This document shows, in pieces, positions 16,892 through 25,609 of a DNA stretch of 64,000 bases; within the stretch, counting starts at the first letter, position 1; the number at the start of each line of letters is the position of its first letter. The notes under the pieces are model-generated. The model was given only the letters and a program-made list of their open reading frames with translations, was not told the DNA's origin and searched no databases. The position numbers and the translations under genes were made by a program. This DNA comes from a phage, in the sequence record PZ445551.1; one strand, written 5' to 3'.

Positions 16892-17302
16892 ATGTTCAAA
16901 TGGTTAAAAGAGTTTCTAACATCTTTGGTAGAACCTAAGCAAGACGTTATTAAAAGCTCTATCACAGGAAAACCGCTTGTTATAGTTACAGGCGGCTTTG
17001 GTCATGGGTTTTCTCTTAAACAAACAGATATAGGTTTACAGGGATCTTTGATTAGTTTTAGAATCACTCAATTAGGAGATAATAGACAAACAATCTTAGA
17101 CCTTTTCAATGGGGAATTTGATGACTATTTATCCAAGAGTGGTAAAGAACGTCTGATCGAGCATATAAAACACCGCTATGAGCATGGTGGTTACTACTTA
17201 GATACAAAACGTAATGCACAAGGTGATCTTGACATAGTTCGTATAGCGTGGGATAATGAATTTAAAACTAAACTTGGTAAACTTCTGGAGGAGTTATGGT
17301 AA
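16892..17302 (+). CDS. hypothetical protein (136 aa)
   Basis: track ORF; RBS caggagag. Confidence 0.55.
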   Translation: MFKWLKEFLTSLVEPKQDVIKSSITGKPLVIVTGGFGHGFSLKQTDIGLQGSLISFRITQLGDNRQTILDLFNGEFDDYLSKSGKERLIEHIKHRYEHGGYYLDTKRNAQGDLDIVRIAWDNEFKTKLGKLLEELW

Positions 17303-17478
17303 ATATTAAAACAGGTGATATTGTACGTCTTGCTAGTGAAGAAATGTTAATGACTGTAATGGTATCTACCTACGATACTTGCGAAGTGGTATGGTTTGAT
17401 GTTAATGAACAACTACAGAAAGCTACATTTGATAAACGTATGCTTCGTAAAGTTGAAGAAGTGAAGGAGGAAGAATAA
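17296..17478 (+). CDS. hypothetical protein (60 aa)
   Basis: track ORF. Confidence 0.45.
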   Translation: MVNIKTGDIVRLASEEMLMTVMVSTYDTCEVVWFDVNEQLQKATFDKRMLRKVEEVKEEE

Positions 17479-17479
17479 T

Positions 17480-17692
17480 ATGACAATGTTGCTTCGTATG
17501 TTTGTGTTTCTTATGTTCTGGATTATCGTTGGTAACGGTATTGTGTTTTTGATTTTTCCTGAAGTAATGACAGGTAATGAAAATAAGGCAGTGCCTTACA
17601 TTATGCTTATCGGTTACGGTATTGGTACACTCGGATTACTGTTTGCTGACTGGTTAGTCAATACTTTGTTCTCTAAGTACAGGAACAACTAA
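17480..17692 (+). CDS. two-TM membrane protein (70 aa)
   Basis: track ORF; hydrophobic segments. Confidence 0.5.
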   Translation: MTMLLRMFVFLMFWIIVGNGIVFLIFPEVMTGNENKAVPYIMLIGYGIGTLGLLFADWLVNTLFSKYRNN

Positions 17693-17693
17693 T

Positions 17694-17966
17694 ATGTCGG
17701 AAAAATTACCTAATGTTTTCTTTTGTTTTGTAGATTGTGTTACACAAGAAATTATAGTTGACGAAGAAGGTATGTTTACTTATTTTGCATCTGAAGAAGA
17801 GGCAAAACTGTCAGCTATGAAATGTATAAGCCAATTGTCAGTACCTGCTGTCAACAGGTTCGGTATTGCACAGGTGTATAAAACAGTAACAGAGTTTACA
17901 CCAGATCGAAAACTAACTTTTCTTAACGTTCACTTTGTTTGTAAGTTTAGTGAACTACGACATTAA
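17694..17966 (+). CDS. hypothetical protein (90 aa)
   Basis: track ORF. Confidence 0.5.
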   Translation: MSEKLPNVFFCFVDCVTQEIIVDEEGMFTYFASEEEAKLSAMKCISQLSVPAVNRFGIAQVYKTVTEFTPDRKLTFLNVHFVCKFSELRH

Positions 17967-17979
17967 ATCAGGAGTGAAA

Positions 17980-18579
17980 ATGAAAGAATATTGGAGTGGT
18001 GAGAAGGGCTTACTAAAGCCAGGAATGCTTTTGCGAGTGAAGAACATGTTGATCACACAAGATTACATAATGCCTAATCCTGGAGCATTAGTAGAATTCC
18101 TTACTGCGCGAGATCAACCTGGGGTTGGTGAAATGTGGATTGTAACGTGGATATCTCTCGATGGTAAATTGCGCGTTGCTCCTATTGACCCAAAACACCT
18201 AGAATCTCCTTACGCCAGTATTGATCCTCGGATCATAGATTTGGCTAGAGTTTATAAAGCTCGGACTGGTGTAGAATTAAATGTGGAAATTTTAAATCAA
18301 TGTATTGACTTCTTACCGGAAAAAGTGCATAATGCTCAACAAGAAGGTAACGGTTTAGAAGTTGTTCTTCTTAATGATGGGATGTTCTCTGGTTTGGCAT
18401 CCGTAGATTTTCCAATAACATTAAGATTGTTACCTGGAGAATATGTACTGGATGAAGATACTATTGCTATATCCTCTAAAATTTTAGAACTCATTCCAGG
18501 TGCAAGGTGTGTTGGTGATACATCTTCCTTGCTGTTTACTCTGAATGAAGAAGCCATTATAGTTAAAAAGGAGAAGTAA
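17980..18579 (+). CDS. hypothetical protein (199 aa)
   Basis: track ORF 17935..18579 trimmed to ATG 17980 after RBS caggagtg. Confidence 0.55.
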   Translation: MKEYWSGEKGLLKPGMLLRVKNMLITQDYIMPNPGALVEFLTARDQPGVGEMWIVTWISLDGKLRVAPIDPKHLESPYASIDPRIIDLARVYKARTGVELNVEILNQCIDFLPEKVHNAQQEGNGLEVVLLNDGMFSGLASVDFPITLRLLPGEYVLDEDTIAISSKILELIPGARCVGDTSSLLFTLNEEAIIVKKEK

Positions 18580-18684
18580 ATGATGACGTTTATTGTTGGT
18601 GTTGTTGTTGGTTATTTTGGTCACAAGTACCAGGATGTTATCATCGCTAAAGTTGACGAAGTAATCGAAAAATTTAAACACTAA
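18580..18684 (+). CDS. small membrane peptide (34 aa), not in track
   Basis: ATG 18580 after RBS aaggagaag. Confidence 0.3.
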   Translation: MMTFIVGVVVGYFGHKYQDVIIAKVDEVIEKFKH

Positions 18685-18735
18685 TTTTTTAAAAGGCTGT
18701 ACTGCTGTGCAGCCTATCTTTCAAAGGAGAGTAAA

Positions 18736-18909
18736 ATGTTCAAAGATACCAATTATAAATGTGTACATTGTGGTAAATCTTTTGGTGATCACAAAGCTAA
18801 AACATTCAATTGTCCACGAAAAGGGCGAGGTAGCTTTAAAGGTTTTAATCCATCCCACGTTTATTCTCCCAACTACGAGAAACCAGAAGAAGAAAAATTT
18901 GTAATCTGA
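18736..18909 (+). CDS. small zinc-ribbon-like protein (57 aa), not in track
   Basis: ATG 18736 after strong RBS aaaggagag; CVHCGK...CPRKG; preferred over track ORF 18707..18904 in another frame. Confidence 0.45.
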   Translation: MFKDTNYKCVHCGKSFGDHKAKTFNCPRKGRGSFKGFNPSHVYSPNYEKPEEEKFVI

Positions 18910-18918
18910 GGAGGCAAT

Positions 18919-19206
18919 ATGGAACTAGTGCAAGAAGTTTATGAAAAACTGAAAGAAGAGAATCTTGATTGGCCTGAACATGCTCTTATTGTCGTCAAAG
19001 ATACTAATGGTGAAATAAAATTCTCAAGTGTAAGTGAAGATGATGTTGTTTTAAGTCCTACAGGATATTATATGAGAGGTGTTACGTGTCTATTCAACAC
19101 CAAAGTGTATCCTGAAATTAAACTTAGTTACGGTGAACCTGATCATCCAGAAATCGTTACACGTAATGAATATGAAAATTATTATTTTGCTCGTGAAAGC
19201 AAATAA
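18919..19206 (+). CDS. hypothetical protein (95 aa)
   Basis: track ORF; RBS gaggagg. Confidence 0.55.
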   Translation: MELVQEVYEKLKEENLDWPEHALIVVKDTNGEIKFSSVSEDDVVLSPTGYYMRGVTCLFNTKVYPEIKLSYGEPDHPEIVTRNEYENYYFARESK

Positions 19207-19214
19207 GGAAAACT

Positions 19215-19538
19215 ATGCAAAAAATAAACACTGGTTCTCGTCCTAAACAGAAGCAAACAAAAGCAAGGGTATCTTATGTTGACAACTCTTGTTATAATTT
19301 CAAAAATGTTAAAGAAGTTATCATTGATGAAAAAGAAGGTTTGATTCACATTTCATCTGAACGTTTGAAAGGTAGTGTTACTCTTCGTGAGAATGTATCT
19401 ATACCTATGAAAGTTGTGGCTACACTCTGTGTTGATAAACCAGATGTTGTTAACTACTATGTGTTCCGTGATAGTTGTATTTCATTACATAATAAGATTT
19501 TTAAATCTTCGCACGTTAAAACAAAACACATTGTATAA
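19215..19538 (+). CDS. hypothetical protein (107 aa)
   Basis: track ORF. Confidence 0.55.
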   Translation: MQKINTGSRPKQKQTKARVSYVDNSCYNFKNVKEVIIDEKEGLIHISSERLKGSVTLRENVSIPMKVVATLCVDKPDVVNYYVFRDSCISLHNKIFKSSHVKTKHIV

Positions 19539-19544
19539 CACATA

Positions 19545-19567
19545 AACCCGCTTCGGCGGGTTTTCTT
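19545..19567 (+). terminator. rho-independent terminator
   Basis: cccgc-ttcg-gcggg hairpin followed by TTTTCTT. Confidence 0.6.
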
Positions 19568-19612
19568 GTATGTGTGTTTTTATTTGTCTTAGCATAAACA
19601 ATAGGAGGTATT

Positions 19613-19834
19613 ATGTCTGTAGTTGTAGAAGGTAGTATTGGCTTCTTAGTAGATAACCCTCACCCTTTCGTGGTTAAGGTTCATATTCAAGAAAAGGTAA
19701 GCAACAATACGTGGTTGTGCTTGTTAGATAGTAAGATACACTCTTACACAGAGGTTTATCTTCATACTTGGCAAATTGGTACGATAACAGCAGAGGATGA
19801 ATTGATAATTGAATTATATGAACGAGATCTATAG
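19613..19834 (+). CDS. hypothetical protein (73 aa)
   Basis: track ORF; RBS taggaggt. Confidence 0.55.
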   Translation: MSVVVEGSIGFLVDNPHPFVVKVHIQEKVSNNTWLCLLDSKIHSYTEVYLHTWQIGTITAEDELIIELYERDL

Positions 19835-19915
19835 ATGACTTTACTAGAGAGTATCGTAGTGTTAATCATCTTTATCATTGTTGTCATAGGATATTTTACA
19901 GAAGACTAAAATAAA

Positions 19916-19948
19916 GCCCCCTAGAAGCGATTCTAGGGGCTTTTGTTT
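19916..19948 (+). terminator. rho-independent terminator at end of plus-strand module
   Basis: gcccctagaa-gcga-ttctaggggc followed by TTTTGTTT. Confidence 0.6.
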
Positions 19949-20010
19949 GCATTAGATAGGGAAACGTATTACTAAAATAAAAAGTGCGTTAGAATGCGTT
20001 ACAGGAGGTT

Positions 20011-20268
20011 TTAGGAATGCATAAAATCTTCTTCAGGGCAGGTTGAGAGATAAGAGATGCACGTTGGGACAACAACAACATTATCTTTAAGGTTTGCAAC
20101 CAAGCCTTTTGTAATTCCAGCCACTGCCCCGTTAATATCTGCTTGACGGATACCAAAACCTTGTTGTGCGGATAGATAACAAAATCCCTCACCTTTCTGT
20201 TGATTATTATTGAAGTAATAAACGTAGTGCATCATAAAATGGTCTTTAACGATTTGTTCTGTGGTCAT
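20011..20268 (-). CDS. hypothetical protein (85 aa)
   Basis: track ORF; RBS aggag upstream on minus strand. Confidence 0.5.
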   Translation of the reverse strand: MTTEQIVKDHFMMHYVYYFNNNQQKGEGFCYLSAQQGFGIRQADINGAVAGITKGLVANLKDNVVVVPTCISYLSTCPEEDFMHS

Positions 20269-20283
20269 AATATTCTCCTATAA

Positions 20284-20306
20284 GAAAAAAGGGGCTTTCG
20301 CCCCTT
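20284..20306 (-). terminator. rho-independent terminator after Sir2-like gene
   Basis: minus strand reads GGGGC-gaaa-GCCCC then TTTTTT; same hairpin sequence recurs at 31572 and 45005. Confidence 0.6.
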
Positions 20307-20313
20307 GGTCAAG

Positions 20314-21126
20314 TTACTTAGTCAAATGATCTTCTATCATTTTTATGAAAGCAGGATTGCTAAAAGCATCTGCTGCCTTTTCTCTATAAACAAAGACTCC
20401 TCTATCTTCGTAAAGAAGAGTTTCTTCGTAATTAATTCCTGGGTTAACAACAATCATTTTTATACCCATAGTAAGTGCAGGGAATAATTCCCAATTAAAA
20501 TTGATAACTTGGTTTGAACATCCTACTACAACAACCAAATCTTGCATGGTCAAAGTATCAAACAAGTGAGCCATATCTGCATACAAAGGTGCAGCCTCAC
20601 CAAAAAATACAACATTAGGCTTCACCCAGTTATAATCATCTATGTTTATACTATTGTAACCAATGTCTACCAGTGTTTTGTAATCTCCAGGGTGCATACG
20701 GTAAACTACTTCAGGAAGATACCCGTGCACGTGAATAACAGAATCCCTGTCCACACCTGCTCGCTCTAGTAGATCATCAACGTTTGTTGTCAAGTTTACT
20801 ACTTGGTTAGGATATTCCTTAAACCACTTTGCTATTTGAATATGTGCAGCATTAGGTTGTACATCTTTAAGCTCAACACGTCTTTTGTTATAAAATTCGT
20901 GTGTTTTGGCATACAAGTCCATACCGTTCTCGTCTACACCACCGACCACTGGAAGATCTGGAGATGTTCTCACACGATAACCTGCTTGGAAAGCTCCAAT
21001 ATCGCAGACCTCTTCTAAATCATATTCTTCCCACAAGGCACGACCACTATCTGTGTCTGTTCGGAATGTTCGAATCCCACTGTCTGCACTTAAACCTGCG
21101 CCACTAACAAAAATTACTCTTCGCAT
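20314..21126 (-). CDS. Sir2-family (sirtuin-like) NAD+-dependent protein, no zinc-ribbon cysteines
   Basis: N-terminal GAGLSADSGIRTFR matches sirtuin GAGxSxxxGIPxFR; VIHVHG catalytic His; 270 aa. Confidence 0.7.
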   Translation of the reverse strand: MRRVIFVSGAGLSADSGIRTFRTDTDSGRALWEEYDLEEVCDIGAFQAGYRVRTSPDLPVVGGVDENGMDLYAKTHEFYNKRRVELKDVQPNAAHIQIAKWFKEYPNQVVNLTTNVDDLLERAGVDRDSVIHVHGYLPEVVYRMHPGDYKTLVDIGYNSINIDDYNWVKPNVVFFGEAAPLYADMAHLFDTLTMQDLVVVVGCSNQVINFNWELFPALTMGIKMIVVNPGINYEETLLYEDRGVFVYREKAADAFSNPAFIKMIEDHLTK

Positions 21127-21683
21127 TCAATATCCTCTTCGTAATCATCATCCCAAGAAGATGCGTCGTAACGCTCTTCCTCTTCGAAATCCCAATTAAT
21201 TTCTACTCCAAAATCTAAAAACAATTTAACAATGTTTTCTGTAGAGTAGTATTTATCATAAGCGTCAGCTAGTTCCCAATACTTGTCACTCAATTTTTTA
21301 TATTTAGGATCATTATAGTCATAATCTACTTTATAACCATAATCATACATCTCTTGTTCAGCTTTAAGCATAGCTTCTGGTGTAAGAAGATTAGGGAACG
21401 GACGATTTCTTTCTTTTAACTTAGAAACAATCCAGTTTGCAACATTTGCCACTTCACCATCTTGATTATCACCTAAACAACTTGCATAATCTCCATCTTC
21501 GTAAGTGCCTAAATCCCCACAGACCACATGTACAATACTTGAATACGATCCACACGTTTCACAATCTGAAAAAGTGTCTACTGTTGTAATATCAATAGAT
21601 AAAACTGGTAAAGCCATAGCTTCTTTCACACAAGCCTCCTCATATAATAACATATCATCAAAACCCATATATCCTCCACACAA
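21114..21683 (-). CDS. acidic hypothetical protein co-transcribed with Sir2-like gene
   Basis: track ORF; 13-nt overlap with Sir2-like start; very acidic C-terminus. Confidence 0.5.
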   Translation of the reverse strand: MCGGYMGFDDMLLYEEACVKEAMALPVLSIDITTVDTFSDCETCGSYSSIVHVVCGDLGTYEDGDYASCLGDNQDGEVANVANWIVSKLKERNRPFPNLLTPEAMLKAEQEMYDYGYKVDYDYNDPKYKKLSDKYWELADAYDKYYSTENIVKLFLDFGVEINWDFEEEERYDASSWDDDYEEDIECEE

Positions 21684-21687
21684 ATAA

Positions 21688-21708
21688 AGCCCCTGATTGG
21701 GGCTTTGG
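21688..21708 (-). terminator. hairpin terminator (agcccc/ggggct)
   Basis: GC hairpin between the 21723 and 21683 genes; moderate T tract. Confidence 0.35.
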
Positions 21709-21722
21709 TTAAGTTTTACGGA

Positions 21723-22331
21723 TTATACCAGACTTTTAAGGTACTTGTCAAGGGCTTCTTGATCACCTTGACAAACATAGCAACGGAAGTCTTGAGCAGA
21801 AGGTTCTTTGTCCTCGTCCCAATCCCAATAGACAGTACCTTTATAACGTGAGCCTGGGAACTCGAAATATGCTGTATGAGTAATATGATGTGGGCCACCC
21901 CAAAACTGTGTAAAAGTAAATTGAGGATACGCTGCTTTAACTGTATTTTCAAACCAAGTTTTACGATCTAATGCTTCGTTTATAAAATAAGCATGGCGTT
22001 CCATTTCATCCCAGTTTTTCCAAACGCATTTTTCATCCAGAGAAAAAACAAAATCTTCACTGTTGAATTCATCTGTATCTTCCAAAATATCATAATCATG
22101 TGCACTAGGTATCCACCATCCAGCTTCTAATAGTGCTTTCACGGGTACAAAACCTTTTTCAGCATATTGATCAAATTCTTTTACTCTACGTACAGTGCAG
22201 TATTCATCTTCACCACCAATGTCCAGTAGAAAAGCACCTTTGCGTCTTGCTGCAAGACCATGTGTATCAAAAACTACAACACTACCTTCACCATCTTCAC
22301 GATCTACTTGATATGCAACTTTTTGAGTCAT
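21723..22331 (-). CDS. hypothetical protein (202 aa)
   Basis: track ORF 21723..22487 trimmed to ATG 22331 so it no longer overlaps the methyltransferase gene. Confidence 0.45.
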   Translation of the reverse strand: MTQKVAYQVDREDGEGSVVVFDTHGLAARRKGAFLLDIGGEDEYCTVRRVKEFDQYAEKGFVPVKALLEAGWWIPSAHDYDILEDTDEFNSEDFVFSLDEKCVWKNWDEMERHAYFINEALDRKTWFENTVKAAYPQFTFTQFWGGPHHITHTAYFEFPGSRYKGTVYWDWDEDKEPSAQDFRCYVCQGDQEALDKYLKSLV

Positions 22332-22455
22332 ATTACCCCCCAATGTACATGGGAAATTAACCAAAAGATAAATTCCCAAAAACACCAACCAAGAAAAGTT
22401 AATGGAATTATAAAAGCTATCAGAGCAGTCTTCCAGCCTTTCCACAATGTTTCCA

Positions 22456-23445
22456 CTATTCCTCCATACATTTAAGAATATGTGCAATGACAGGTATAGT
22501 CCAACCGTTACCTAACATCTTATATGCTTGTGTGTTACTACTCACTTTAAAGTAATCATCTGGAACACCTTGTAAGCGGCAACACTCTTTAACCGTTAAC
22601 TTTCTATAATGTACGCCTTCACTCAATTTTTCAAAGGCATCTAGATATCTTCCAGGTGGAATGTAGGCTAATAGTACGTCTTTAGGCACAGTCGTGAGGC
22701 AACGAGTTTTTTCACTGTCCTGAACTTCCAAACAATGTACCAAACGATCAGTTTTAGATGTACTACGTTTGCCATTTTCATTAATTCTACGCCCATATAT
22801 TGCTGCCGGATAAAAAACCAGTTGTCTGCGACTCTTTTCAAAATACTGTTCTATATTACCACCTTTGGCATAATTTGCATCTATGCAATAAGCCTTATCT
22901 CTGTCTACAATACTATCATCTTCAATTATATCTTGCAACACTTCATTGGTAATCTCCCAGGGTTTTATTTCCCAGTTGCACCAGTATAAACGTTGTCTAT
23001 TCTGTGCCGTGAAATCTGCGGAGTTAATGAATACGGGATCAACACCTAAGTAACTTGTGATCACGTTTTCCCACTCCATTTTCATCTTAACGTTTTCAAG
23101 CATGAACTTAACATTAGGATTAAACTTTTTAATATGTTCAAGAATTTCAACATATTCGAAGAATAGCTTAGATCGTGGATCTTGAAAGTTCAAACCCTTA
23201 CCAGAAGAAGAGAAGCCTTGACACGGACTACCACCTAACAAAAGATCAATTTCTCCCCACGGGATATCCCATTCTCTCCATTTTGTAACATCACCTAACT
23301 GAATAATATCTGGAAAATTTGCTTGGCTTTCAGCTACGGCAAATTTGTCTAATTCTGAAGCGTAATATGTATCTACTTCAATACCTGCACTTTTTAGCGC
23401 AAGCATTCCTCCTGACATACCATCAAAAAGACTTAAAACTTTCAT
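22456..23445 (-). CDS. dcm: DNA (cytosine-5)-methyltransferase
   Basis: motif I LFDGMSGG, motif IV GGSPCQGFS, motif VI ENV; 329 aa. Confidence 0.85.
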   Translation of the reverse strand: MKVLSLFDGMSGGMLALKSAGIEVDTYYASELDKFAVAESQANFPDIIQLGDVTKWREWDIPWGEIDLLLGGSPCQGFSSSGKGLNFQDPRSKLFFEYVEILEHIKKFNPNVKFMLENVKMKMEWENVITSYLGVDPVFINSADFTAQNRQRLYWCNWEIKPWEITNEVLQDIIEDDSIVDRDKAYCIDANYAKGGNIEQYFEKSRRQLVFYPAAIYGRRINENGKRSTSKTDRLVHCLEVQDSEKTRCLTTVPKDVLLAYIPPGRYLDAFEKLSEGVHYRKLTVKECCRLQGVPDDYFKVSSNTQAYKMLGNGWTIPVIAHILKCMEE

Positions 23446-23447
23446 TA

Positions 23448-23858
23448 TTACTTCTTCTCCTTAACACTAGCTGGTAATTCTGCCTTGAGGCAGAAGTTTA
23501 AACGGTAAGCCTCATTCTCATTTAAAAGTACAGATTCACACGATAACCAGAACAAGAGATCCTCAATACCAGGACTGTTAAGCCAACAGTGCAGAAGAGA
23601 ATGTTGTTCTATATCAATGTAATTTAGTAACAAGGCTTGTAAGGCGTAACTAGTTCCTGTCGTTTTTGCTTTTTCAAGGATGATATTGTGTTTACTAACA
23701 ACTTTCTTCCTAAGACCAAACCATTTATTAACAACAACAGTCTCTTCTTGTAGTTGTTTTCTTATTTTCTCACATTCTTTAACTACAATCTGCATCTTAT
23801 CCACTGCTGATTGAAGTTGTTCTTTTGTTGGGTTTACAAAATAATCACTATAATACAT
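23448..23858 (-). CDS. hypothetical protein (136 aa)
   Basis: track ORF. Confidence 0.5.
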   Translation of the reverse strand: MYYSDYFVNPTKEQLQSAVDKMQIVVKECEKIRKQLQEETVVVNKWFGLRKKVVSKHNIILEKAKTTGTSYALQALLLNYIDIEQHSLLHCWLNSPGIEDLLFWLSCESVLLNENEAYRLNFCLKAELPASVKEKK

Positions 23859-23914
23859 GCTAAACTCCTCTTCTGTTTTTCTGTAGTCTATTCGAAAAAA
23901 CTGGTGTTGTCAAC

Positions 23915-23936
23915 AAAAAACCCGCCGAAGCGGGTT
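23915..23936 (-). terminator. bidirectional hairpin terminator
   Basis: cccgc-cgaa-gcggg flanked by A-run and T-run. Confidence 0.55.
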
Positions 23937-23940
23937 TATA

Positions 23941-24198
23941 TTATTCTACAGGAACTTCTTCACCAAGAGAAACTTCTAAACGGAATGCTTTACTTTCAAT
24001 ACATTCACTACCTTTTAGAAAATCAAATTGCACTATAGACTGACTTAATAGGATAGATAGAATCACATCACAATCTTCACTAGGAGCTAGATGTTTGTAT
24101 TCTTCCTTCAAGGTAACATCATAAAAACATAAATCCCCTACTCCTAGTTCATCCCATCCTTCCCACGCATCTACAAAGTTAAACTCTAAACCTTTCAT
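23941..24198 (-). CDS. hypothetical acidic protein (85 aa)
   Basis: track ORF. Confidence 0.5.
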   Translation of the reverse strand: MKGLEFNFVDAWEGWDELGVGDLCFYDVTLKEEYKHLAPSEDCDVILSILLSQSIVQFDFLKGSECIESKAFRLEVSLGEEVPVE

Positions 24199-24719
24199 AC
24201 AACCTCCTCGTAATTGTTATTGTGTTTTACTGTCTCAACATACAATAAAGATTCCATCTGTAATACATTACCAGAAATAATAAACCCATAAGCCATTTCA
24301 GATGTGTCTATATCATATGCCCCGTCTTCCGGTTTAGCAAAGTGTAAAACTATTTCATCTGGGTTTTCTTCATCCCATAGTTTAGAAATTTTCCGAACCA
24401 GAATGTTAGCTAAAATAGTTGACATTCGGGATAAAGCTGTATCCTCATATCTTTTAAAACCTAGCCAATAGAGGTTAAGAATTTCTACTTCTTCTTGTGT
24501 TAAGTTTTTGTCTAAAGTAATCAGATCTGTAGAGCACGGCGTTTTTGTTGAACCTACGGTTACAAAACCTGGAGTGTTATGAAAAACAATCTTAACTTTA
24601 TCACGTATAAAGTTTAAACCTTGTGCCTCAACTATATATTGTATTGTAGGTACAATATCGTTTGTTACATCAATAAAACTATCTTTAATGACGCTTATAT
24701 TATTTCTGGACAAGACCAT
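24195..24719 (-). CDS. hypothetical protein (174 aa)
   Basis: track ORF. Confidence 0.5.
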   Translation of the reverse strand: MVLSRNNISVIKDSFIDVTNDIVPTIQYIVEAQGLNFIRDKVKIVFHNTPGFVTVGSTKTPCSTDLITLDKNLTQEEVEILNLYWLGFKRYEDTALSRMSTILANILVRKISKLWDEENPDEIVLHFAKPEDGAYDIDTSEMAYGFIISGNVLQMESLLYVETVKHNNNYEEVV

Positions 24720-25278
24720 TCTCCTCTAAAATAGGCTTAATAAACTCGAAAATTTGTTTTTTACTTTTACCTCGAATATTAAAACAAGGAACATTAAACT
24801 TTTTAGCCAACATCCAAGCTGTTCTTGTACCACCTAAAGGATCTCCATTTTTATCTGTATTTGCACAAGCTAAAAGAAAACAAGATGGTTTTGGATTCTC
24901 AAGATCTCTTCCAAGAACTTGGTGAATATTTCTTTGATGTAATTTTTTAGAACCTTGAGATAATCTGTCCCAAGCTGGATGCAATTCTTTTGCATATTGC
25001 AAGGTTAGAGCATAGTTTACACTATCTGGTCTGTCAAGAACAATAACCTCTCCCTCTATTTCATTACCTTTAAACGAGAGCCAAGGGATGTATATTTCTT
25101 TCTTTGTATTGTTCCCACTATCATATACCCCGCATTCAAATGCGGAATCTGCACCTGCTGCTTTACCAGATCGCAAAATGAACCATGTAGATAACCATTT
25201 TGCAACAGATACCATAGTATCCCATTCTTCGTCTGTAATATCTCTGCTACCAACACCTGTGTAGAATAAATCGCTCAT
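24700..25278 (-). CDS. Rossmann-fold SLOG/DprA-like protein (192 aa)
   Basis: track ORF trimmed to MSDLF after RBS aaggag; YTGVGSR...RSGKAAGADSAFECG resembles the DprA/LOG/SLOG core. Confidence 0.4.
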   Translation of the reverse strand: MSDLFYTGVGSRDITDEEWDTMVSVAKWLSTWFILRSGKAAGADSAFECGVYDSGNNTKKEIYIPWLSFKGNEIEGEVIVLDRPDSVNYALTLQYAKELHPAWDRLSQGSKKLHQRNIHQVLGRDLENPKPSCFLLACANTDKNGDPLGGTRTAWMLAKKFNVPCFNIRGKSKKQIFEFIKPILEENGLVQK

Positions 25279-25288
25279 GGTTTTCTCC

Positions 25289-25609
25289 TTAACAAGTAAT
25301 ATTGGGAGTAACAATTGGATTAACAATTGGAGTAATAGGGTACGTAAACCAAGGGCTTCCAATTTCCCAAGGATTATAAGGTCTACGAGGATCAAATGGA
25401 GGAGTTACTTCAGGCTTTTTCCAAATCTCCGCTAGTTGTTTCTTCCATTTATCCCTTGCTGTCTCATTATCTTCATCCAACTGTTCATCATTATCTTTTA
25501 TTTCTGGTTTTGGAAATAAAAGCTCTTTGACTAACTCAACATCTTCCGTCTCAATAGTAGTTTCTTTCGTAAGTTCTCCTACTGTTTCTTTAATTGTGAT
25601 TTTATACAT
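25289..25609 (-). CDS. hypothetical protein (106 aa), Pro/Trp-rich C-terminus
   Basis: track ORF; RBS gaggagg; TAATG overlap. Confidence 0.5.
   Translation of the reverse strand: MYKITIKETVGELTKETTIETEDVELVKELLFPKPEIKDNDEQLDEDNETARDKWKKQLAEIWKKPEVTPPFDPRRPYNPWEIGSPWFTYPITPIVNPIVTPNITC

Noticed and set aside
492-19000. Minus-strand track ORFs within the plus-strand early block (e.g. 492..725, 1690..1941, 2231..2416, 2615..2911, 3237..3431, 7990..8364, 10322..10531, 10795..11019, 12575..13269, 13283..13528, 13810..13992, 15186..15419, 18336..18681)
   Set aside because: Each lies antisense to a better-supported plus-strand gene with RBS and tight packing; none has a convincing RBS.
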